Assembly (NCBI GenBank): GCA_048882385.1
Contig: JBHLRQ010000038.1
Coordinates: 1 to 11,765 of the forward strand
DNA: 11,765 nucleotides
DNA from: Candidatus Thorarchaeota archaeon
Lineage (GTDB): Archaea; Asgardarchaeota; Thorarchaeia; Thorarchaeales; Thorarchaeaceae
Direction: 5' to 3'
The notes beneath the pieces are model-generated. The model was not told the origin of the DNA, made no database searches, and saw only the letters and a program-made list of their open reading frames with translations. This document shows positions 5,175 through 11,765 of the stretch, one piece after another (position 1 is the first letter of the stretch; every line of letters starts with the position of its first letter). The translations under genes were made by a program, and so were the position numbers.

Positions 5175-7625
5175 CTATACAATATCAGCTCTTCTTGCGG
5201 CATAAACTAATGACTCATTGAAGTACTTGCCAACAACAGCACTTAATGTTGGACCGATGACATAGTTTAGATCACCGGGCATGAGCTCCTTGAGGTTTGT
5301 CTTGGATGTGAGCTTACCTTTCCGTTTCAGAGAACTTATCTCACGATCAACGGTTGATTTAGCTTTGTCCCAAGGCATTGGCTCGACACCTCTCCCAGTT
5401 CCAATCAAACCTTCTTTTATCTCAAAGAGGCTCCTCATGATGAATATTGAGAGATTGTCAATGTCTGTTGATTCTTTAACGAAATTCTTTCCGTGTTGTG
5501 TACAATTACCTTCTTTAACAATAGATCCACAAGCTGTGCAAATCAGGCGCCCTCGATTTTTCTTGATATAGAAAGCTAGAAGATTGGAACATTTTGTGGT
5601 GTCGTTCTGAGACCACTCCAACCCTTTAGTACCCACTCTACTAATTGCTCGAAAGACTGTAAGTGCTTTATTATGAAGATACATTAGTACATCAATACCC
5701 TCTTTCTTAGATTCGATTCTTCGTTTCTCTTTCTCCTTTGTTTCAAATGCAAACTCCTCTTTAGCCAGTTTTTCAAGACGTTCCTGTTTTAGAAATCGGT
5801 GCATGATATCATAGGCAATTGCATAGTTATCAAATTCAAGACTGGACATATCTAGAGGTTTGTTGACGATGCCTTCGAATACTGGGCTTGTACTAGTCTC
5901 AAGGTCTTTTTTGGCGGCCATCATGTCTTTATTCGATAGACGGGCATGCATCCAAGTACAGATTGTCTGAGCATCTAATTCTGGAAAGTTAATCTTCATT
6001 TCATATATACGCATAGATTCAAGATCAATCAGAATCTCTTCGCGTAGAAATTGTAAGCCAGATTCAGTATCTTCATAGATGCTTTTGAGTAATGCTTTGA
6101 TACGGAGCAAATCCTGTTTCGAACGAATATAGGCTTCAACGACCCTCGTAAGATTTGTCAGAATGCCAATAGTAAAGTGCCAAATAATATCTAATCGTAA
6201 AGCCAACACAGTTTCTTCTTCTGTTCTCTGCTGCGTAAAGTCCCGTGCTGACGATATCCCCAAAGAACTTAGTGCTCCTGTCTTTACTTGCTCTCTTACG
6301 CCTAGTAATCTTACTACTTCTTCTGGAGGAGGCACACGCATTTTCTTTTTGAGTTCTTCGAGAATTTCCACTTCGATTCCTACTAGCTTTTCCCGCTCTT
6401 TTGTGAATAGATCAATGGATATTTTCTCAAGCTCTGCTGACCAATATCCCTTTGACCTTAGTAGTCCCTTAACAGGACCATCAAGTAGACGTTCCATTTT
6501 TTCCAATGTCTTTAAAGACCTCTCAAGGGATTCTAACTCTTCCTTGCTTACCTCAGGTCGTGTGGAATCTGCAATGGTTTCAGTTGTCAACGACTGAAGA
6601 CCAGGACCAATAACAGTCGGATCACCAATGCCTCTTCTTCTCAATTGCGCGCGTATATCATCTGGACTAACCAGTAACAAGTTTGCGAGTGATTCATAGA
6701 TTGTTTCAGCATCAGTGTTCAGAATATCAGAAATACGACTTGAAACAATATCACCTAATTTCTTTTCATACTCTTCAAGAGTTGTAGGTATATCAAATTC
6801 AGCCTCTAGGACCTCAAGCATGGTAATACGCATCTCGTGTGATTTTCTTAATCCCTTGAGGTCTTCTGACCGCTTGCAAAATCTAGCTGCAATACTGGAA
6901 GCAATAGCATCCCAGTTTCTAATTGGTACAACTGAATCAAGCAAACGTCCTTTCGCATATTCAACCTTCCCAAAAATTTTCTCAATACCCATTTTCAGAA
7001 TTGTAGTTTCAGGAACTTCAGAAGCATGTTCCCTTAGCAGCTCTTCTCTTAATGATAGTGCACTCTCTTTTAACCCAGAAGCCTTTGTATAGAGGTCCTT
7101 ACGCCATTGGTCAGCCCATCCTGTGATCTCTAGTATTAAATCAATATCGTGATTTGATGCATATTCACTAGGAATCTGACTGAGAGTATCTCTTAGAGTT
7201 TGGATGATTTTCTCTTTGATTTCCGGGGAGGATGAATCTGTTCCAGCAACTGAATCGATAAGACGGATAGTCAACAAACTTGTTTGCTTTGCCACATCAA
7301 TTTCTTCACGTTGTTTTTCAGACAGTAACTTACGAACCTCCAGTTCGAGTTGTTGACGTTCTTCATCTCCCAGATCATCTTTCATATCACTTCCCACTCC
7401 GGGTTCATCTGATGGAGCTAAGAGGCGAATACCCTGATAGCTGTGAAGATAGAAAGCAGCAAAGAAAGAAAACACCCCCTCAAGTGGTTGTTTTTCCTTT
7501 AACAACTCATGAAATAGTTGTCTATCTCGAGTACTCCTCATATGAGAAGCTAGTGCTTCTCTCAACAGGATTTCTTTGCCAGCTTCACTCATTTGACGAG
7601 TTTTCAATACCCACGAACTTGCCAT
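5175..7625 (-). CDS. Large alpha-helical hypothetical protein with a C-terminal CxxC-x8-CxxH zinc-finger-like motif
   Basis: Uninterrupted ORF of ~816 aa rich in E/L/K, with CTACGSIVKEGNCTQHG near the C-terminus. The ATG at 7625 follows a GAGGTGA SD that contains the upstream gene's stop codon. Confidence 0.85.
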   Translation of the reverse strand: MASSWVLKTRQMSEAGKEILLREALASHMRSTRDRQLFHELLKEKQPLEGVFSFFAAFYLHSYQGIRLLAPSDEPGVGSDMKDDLGDEERQQLELEVRKLLSEKQREEIDVAKQTSLLTIRLIDSVAGTDSSSPEIKEKIIQTLRDTLSQIPSEYASNHDIDLILEITGWADQWRKDLYTKASGLKESALSLREELLREHASEVPETTILKMGIEKIFGKVEYAKGRLLDSVVPIRNWDAIASSIAARFCKRSEDLKGLRKSHEMRITMLEVLEAEFDIPTTLEEYEKKLGDIVSSRISDILNTDAETIYESLANLLLVSPDDIRAQLRRRGIGDPTVIGPGLQSLTTETIADSTRPEVSKEELESLERSLKTLEKMERLLDGPVKGLLRSKGYWSAELEKISIDLFTKEREKLVGIEVEILEELKKKMRVPPPEEVVRLLGVREQVKTGALSSLGISSARDFTQQRTEEETVLALRLDIIWHFTIGILTNLTRVVEAYIRSKQDLLRIKALLKSIYEDTESGLQFLREEILIDLESMRIYEMKINFPELDAQTICTWMHARLSNKDMMAAKKDLETSTSPVFEGIVNKPLDMSSLEFDNYAIAYDIMHRFLKQERLEKLAKEEFAFETKEKEKRRIESKKEGIDVLMYLHNKALTVFRAISRVGTKGLEWSQNDTTKCSNLLAFYIKKNRGRLICTACGSIVKEGNCTQHGKNFVKESTDIDNLSIFIMRSLFEIKEGLIGTGRGVEPMPWDKAKSTVDREISSLKRKGKLTSKTNLKELMPGDLNYVIGPTLSAVVGKYFNESLVYAARRADIV

Positions 7626-7631
7626 TGTCAA

Positions 7632-10256
7632 TCACCTCAGAAAAGTACTCCCCACTGACACGATCATATCGGTTCCATGTCGATTATATGTCACAAGATA
7701 GAGTAATCCCTCTTCTTTCGTATCTCGAAGATAGACTCGAGAAATTCGTGGTAGAAGATGTCCTAGACCTCGAACTGTTGAGTTCATTAAATGCTCTACA
7801 AATTCTTGACCAATGTTGATACCAATCAATGATGCAGATCCAATACCTTCCGCTTGAAGTCGTAACACACGTCTCGCAAATATATCCTCCATTCCTTTCT
7901 CTCGTTCCTTCAGTTGGAGGAGTTTACTCTGAAGGAGGTCTCGAAGTTCTATGTAGAATTTGAGAGAGGGATCCGGACTTGGTTTTTGAGGCTCTGGTTT
8001 TTCTTCCTTTACAGGATATTGATTTCGAATATCATCAATTTCTGATTCGATTGATGAAGGTTTGATTGGTTCTTCTGGAGGAGGTGCGACAGAGCCAGGT
8101 AGATAATCTTCAACAGCAGTCGCAGCTTTATACTCTTCAAGTTTCATTTTGTAGTCTTGCAGAGAAGCTTCGTATTCTCGCATCGCTACGTCATATTGTT
8201 GTGTTTTCTCTGCAATCAAAGACTCACGTTTTGTATTGTTTTCACGTATTAATTCATTCTCTTGTTTAACAATCTGACATTGTGCTTCCCATTCCTGAAT
8301 CTCTTTTCGATACTTATCTTCACGAATATCAGCCTCGAATTTTGCTCTATCAGCCATTGAACTCGGGGTAACCGTTTCTCCTACAATTTCATGAACTGAG
8401 TGTAGGAGAGTAAGAAGAGCTTGGGGTTGTGTCATTGTTTCGTCAATTGCACCTCTAAAACTATCTACCCAGTCTAGTGCTTCTTTTTTCCATTCATCTG
8501 GTCGCTCTGCAGCGCTTTCGATAGCTACTGATAGCTCTTCAACGAGGTTTGTTTTTTCCTGAAGCATTTTGTCGATGATACGACGAACAAGAGGCTTTGA
8601 GAGAATTGTATTTGCAACATCAGGAATTATGTCTGATCCTAGAGTTTCAAATTCATCAAGTAGAGACATTAATGTCACTCCATGATCAGTCAATGGACCC
8701 TCACCTTGGGGCACACTATAGTTCTGAGTTATTGCACGACGTGCAATTTCAGCCACATCAGAAAAGCCAATCAAATCCCAAACATCAATTTCCTTGAAAG
8801 CATCAATCATTTTTCGAGTTATTACATCCATCAATTGTTTGAAATCTTGATAGCTAGCACCCACAAACATCTCTTTCGAAAATGCAGCGTTTAGTTGAGC
8901 TTCAACTTCAGCATAGAATTTTTCAAACAAAGTCAGGTCTGTTGGATCCGAATACTCACTGAGAGCCTCTTGTCTGAATTCATTGAGGGCAGTGATGAAA
9001 GCTTTCCTTGCAGCGTTTATCACAAGATACTGATTTAACTCATTTGAGAAATATTGAGTCACCTTTGTAGCGTAAGCTATCGAATATCTCAAAGTACCCT
9101 TTAACTGCCATGCACGAACCTCTCCAAGCTGAGAAAATTCACGAGTAACTGAGTTCATAAAACGTTCAGCGAGTTCAAGAGAGAGTTTCTTCCTGATTCC
9201 AGAGAATTCATCACTGGCTGAAACAGTTCCAATTAGAGAGCTTTTGTGGGCTTCGATAGTAAGTGATTTCCCGGAGCTCAAATGTTGCTCAACAATATGT
9301 TCTAGAGAGTTTACAGTTTCTTCCAGTGATTTTACGAACTCATCTATTCTCGGTTTCAGAGAATCAATATCCGATAATGAAACTTCACTCAGCTGAAGAA
9401 ACTCAATTAGAGCAGCAACAACACCTTCGACGACTTCTGCTTCCTCAACAGCATATGCGTAATAGTTTAGTTCTTTAAGGACATCTTGACCTGTTTCTGG
9501 AATTGTCTTTGTTAAAGTTTCAATCGCACTTGGAGTAAGGACTCTATGTTTAAAGTGTTCAACAAGCTTTTCATCAGAGGACGATGGAATGCTGAATTCC
9601 AAACTCTTACGACCGATAATTTTCATTCCTGGAGGTAGTGATGTAAAATCATCAATAACGGACATTTTAGCTACTAGGTCAACATCTATGTGTTCGGGTT
9701 TCACTTGAAGTGAATCCCAAGAACCTTGGAATCTTCTGTCTATCATATCTACAAACAATACACTGTTCAAACGGTCTGCAAAATCTCGTAGGACAGCAAG
9801 TCCTTCAAGTTCGTAATTCAACTCATTATTGATAACCGCGCTCTCTATGTCCGCCATTTTCTTTGATAGAGTTTTCATATACTGGTCAATCTTGAACGGA
9901 TCAACAACTCCTTTTTCCCAACTCAGAACGCACACATGAGATCCTACTCCTCCTTCACTACCACCTGCAACAACAAGCTGCTCAGGTAAAACTTCTGGAC
10001 TTGGTGTACGATCTAGATCCCATTCCACAGATAATAGCTCAAGTCCTTCTGAAGATATTAGCGTATCACGTATAGCAAATATCAAAGGCGCTATGTTCAT
10101 TGCAACTGTTTCAGAATATTGTTCCAACATACTCCCTGCGCCAATTGCACTTCCAATAGGGTAGCCTAATCCTGTTGAGGTGCCTAAAACAGAAGCTGAT
10201 GCCATTCGAATAGCTTCAACTGTACTGGGAGTCTGTACATCTCTACGCTTACTCAT
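7632..10256 (-). CDS. Large hypothetical protein with a possible N-terminal longin-like domain, helical body and coiled coil with Pro-rich inserts
   Basis: 874-aa ORF with a GAGGAG SD. Long E/K/Q heptad region in the C-terminal third, and Pro-rich segments APPPEEPIKP and PVKEEKPEPQKPSPDP. The domain call is inferred from pattern only. Confidence 0.85.
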   Translation of the reverse strand: MSKRRDVQTPSTVEAIRMASASVLGTSTGLGYPIGSAIGAGSMLEQYSETVAMNIAPLIFAIRDTLISSEGLELLSVEWDLDRTPSPEVLPEQLVVAGGSEGGVGSHVCVLSWEKGVVDPFKIDQYMKTLSKKMADIESAVINNELNYELEGLAVLRDFADRLNSVLFVDMIDRRFQGSWDSLQVKPEHIDVDLVAKMSVIDDFTSLPPGMKIIGRKSLEFSIPSSSDEKLVEHFKHRVLTPSAIETLTKTIPETGQDVLKELNYYAYAVEEAEVVEGVVAALIEFLQLSEVSLSDIDSLKPRIDEFVKSLEETVNSLEHIVEQHLSSGKSLTIEAHKSSLIGTVSASDEFSGIRKKLSLELAERFMNSVTREFSQLGEVRAWQLKGTLRYSIAYATKVTQYFSNELNQYLVINAARKAFITALNEFRQEALSEYSDPTDLTLFEKFYAEVEAQLNAAFSKEMFVGASYQDFKQLMDVITRKMIDAFKEIDVWDLIGFSDVAEIARRAITQNYSVPQGEGPLTDHGVTLMSLLDEFETLGSDIIPDVANTILSKPLVRRIIDKMLQEKTNLVEELSVAIESAAERPDEWKKEALDWVDSFRGAIDETMTQPQALLTLLHSVHEIVGETVTPSSMADRAKFEADIREDKYRKEIQEWEAQCQIVKQENELIRENNTKRESLIAEKTQQYDVAMREYEASLQDYKMKLEEYKAATAVEDYLPGSVAPPPEEPIKPSSIESEIDDIRNQYPVKEEKPEPQKPSPDPSLKFYIELRDLLQSKLLQLKEREKGMEDIFARRVLRLQAEGIGSASLIGINIGQEFVEHLMNSTVRGLGHLLPRISRVYLRDTKEEGLLYLVTYNRHGTDMIVSVGSTFLR

Positions 10257-10333
10257 AGTCAGTTACTCCTCAAATCATCTGAAGGTCCCGAGGCGTATGA
10301 CATCGCGAGTACAATCTTTTGAATCTAGCTCGG

Positions 10334-11290
10334 TTATCCCTCTTCTACTCGAGTCCAAACGCCCTTACCAAGGTCTCGAACAAGACCAGCCTCTTTCAGA
10401 CCCATAAGAGTAACATGAACAGTCGTGGTCAGTAATGCCTCAAGACTCTGAGGAATCGGGACACTTCGGGCTTGATTAATATCAAAAACAAGTTGCTCAA
10501 CATCAGCTTCCTCTCGAGCTTCTATATAGGTGAGGATTATGTCTTGTAGGTGAATGACGCCATCCCTAACTGATTCAAATTGAAGGCGCGCATCGCCATA
10601 GATGTGGGGAGTGTCGTGTGATGGAAGGACATGCTCTGCCCCTATTTTTTCTAATGTTTCAAGTGCAGTTAATTTCGATACAATGCTTCCACTTGTATCA
10701 ACATAGAACTTTCGAGGATCATTTGGAAAATTATTCACCTCGTCTCCAGTGAAAAGGGCTTTACGAGATTTATCGTAGAAGACGCAATGTCCAATTGAAT
10801 GACCACCAGTGTGGATAACTTTGATTGCAGTGCTACCTACATTGATTATCTGACCATGAGTAAGGAGTTCATCAGGATCTATTCCTCGATAGTTTACTCT
10901 AAGAGGCCCCTTGTCTAGCTTCATTGAAAAGCGCTCTGCACGATCAAGAATAAGTCGGTTGTTTAGAAAATCCCCCGGTTTTTTGAGAATTTCTGCATCC
11001 CCTTCATGGATCATAATTGGAGCCTCAGTCGCTTTTTTGAAACGACCTGCACCTCCAACATGGTCTGGATGTCCGTGGGAACAAAGGACACCGACAATAT
11101 CGGTTTTTGGATCAAATCCTAGGTTCTTGATAGATTTCTCAAGCCTATCACCAGGGTCTCCTGCAGTCCCTGGGTCAATAACAAGAACCTCCCCTGAATC
11201 AATAATGAGATAGCTAGCAATAAAGCCAAACTCTCCTGCGAATTTTCCACGAACGACATGAATACCAGGTATAATTTCTGTTGATGCCAT
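10334..11290 (-). CDS. MBL-fold metallo-hydrolase (glyoxalase II-like) with C-terminal winged-helix-like extension
   Basis: LVIDPG, SHGHPDHVGG (HxHxDH), HTGGHSIGH, LFTGD and VLPSHD. The C-terminus ends in the wHTH-like pattern L..LKEAGLV. Confidence 0.92.
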   Translation of the reverse strand: MASTEIIPGIHVVRGKFAGEFGFIASYLIIDSGEVLVIDPGTAGDPGDRLEKSIKNLGFDPKTDIVGVLCSHGHPDHVGGAGRFKKATEAPIMIHEGDAEILKKPGDFLNNRLILDRAERFSMKLDKGPLRVNYRGIDPDELLTHGQIINVGSTAIKVIHTGGHSIGHCVFYDKSRKALFTGDEVNNFPNDPRKFYVDTSGSIVSKLTALETLEKIGAEHVLPSHDTPHIYGDARLQFESVRDGVIHLQDIILTYIEAREEADVEQLVFDINQARSVPIPQSLEALLTTTVHVTLMGLKEAGLVRDLGKGVWTRVEEG

Positions 11291-11376
11291 CTCAAGAACT
11301 CAGAGATTCATCAATACTTATGACAATATCGACTGTGAGTGAAGCTTATCAACAAGTGCATCTGATGATTTAGAAA

Positions 11377-11765
11377 ATGAAGGGAGCATATACTCTAATA
11401 ATTCAAGTGGAGAAAGATGTTAGCATCAAGATCCTATCTCAATATGAAGTGGAATTTAAGTCGGGTATTTGGGTCTATGTGGGGTCAGCAATGGGTAGTG
11501 GCTCAACAAGTTTGGAAAACAGGATTAAGCGTCATTTTCGTTCGCAAAAGAAAATACACTGGCACATTGACTATTTACTTGTAAGGGATGCAAAATTAAT
11601 CAAAGCATTTTGGGCAGAGAGCCCAGTTCACATTGAGTGTGATATTGCACAAAAAATTCAATCTAGAGATGAATTTCAAGTAGGACCTAAAAACTTTGGA
11701 TCGTCTGATTGTCAAAAGAGGTGTTCAGCTCATATTTTCAGATTCTTAAATGTAGGCAATGTAGA
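11377..11765 (+). CDS. DUF123 / Uri-superfamily GIY-YIG endonuclease, 3'-partial (absent from the ORF track)
   Basis: Manual translation: MKGAYTLII...GIWVYVGSAMG...LENRIKRHFRSQKKIHWHIDYLL...ECDIA...FGSSDCQKRCSAH. The frame is open to the window end. Confidence 0.9.
   Translation, partial: MKGAYTLIIQVEKDVSIKILSQYEVEFKSGIWVYVGSAMGSGSTSLENRIKRHFRSQKKIHWHIDYLLVRDAKLIKAFWAESPVHIECDIAQKIQSRDEFQVGPKNFGSSDCQKRCSAHIFRFLNVGNV

Noticed and set aside
531-11213. Remaining short track ORFs (e.g. 531-767, 1805-1987, 1881-2147, 2892-3245, 3699-4034, 5281-5571, 6163-6597, 7280-7819, 10911-11213)
   Set aside because: They are antisense or alternate-frame shadows of long, well-supported genes and have no motifs.

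Overview
Archaeal window of roughly 40% GC. GGAG/GGTGA Shine-Dalgarno sites, TATA-like boxes, box C/D sRNAs, Fae domains and a DUF123 nuclease point to an archaeon; the gene content suggests an Asgard/Thorarchaeota-like organism, but that is inference. Left to right: the 3' part of a nitrilase-superfamily gene; two tandem 76-nt box C/D guide sRNAs, each behind an identical 16-nt promoter-like motif; an unannotated 55-aa ORF whose 3' UTR is complementary to its own RBS and start codon; two tandem DapA-family aldolase/formaldehyde-activating-enzyme (Fae) fusions with reciprocally degenerate Fae domains; cutA; two large coupled hypothetical helical proteins; an MBL-fold hydrolase; and a partial DUF123 GIY-YIG nuclease. 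The strongest leads are the aldolase-Fae pair, the C/D sRNA pair (whose shared guide resembles eukaryotic snR38/SNORD1) and the self-sequestering small-ORF mRNA.
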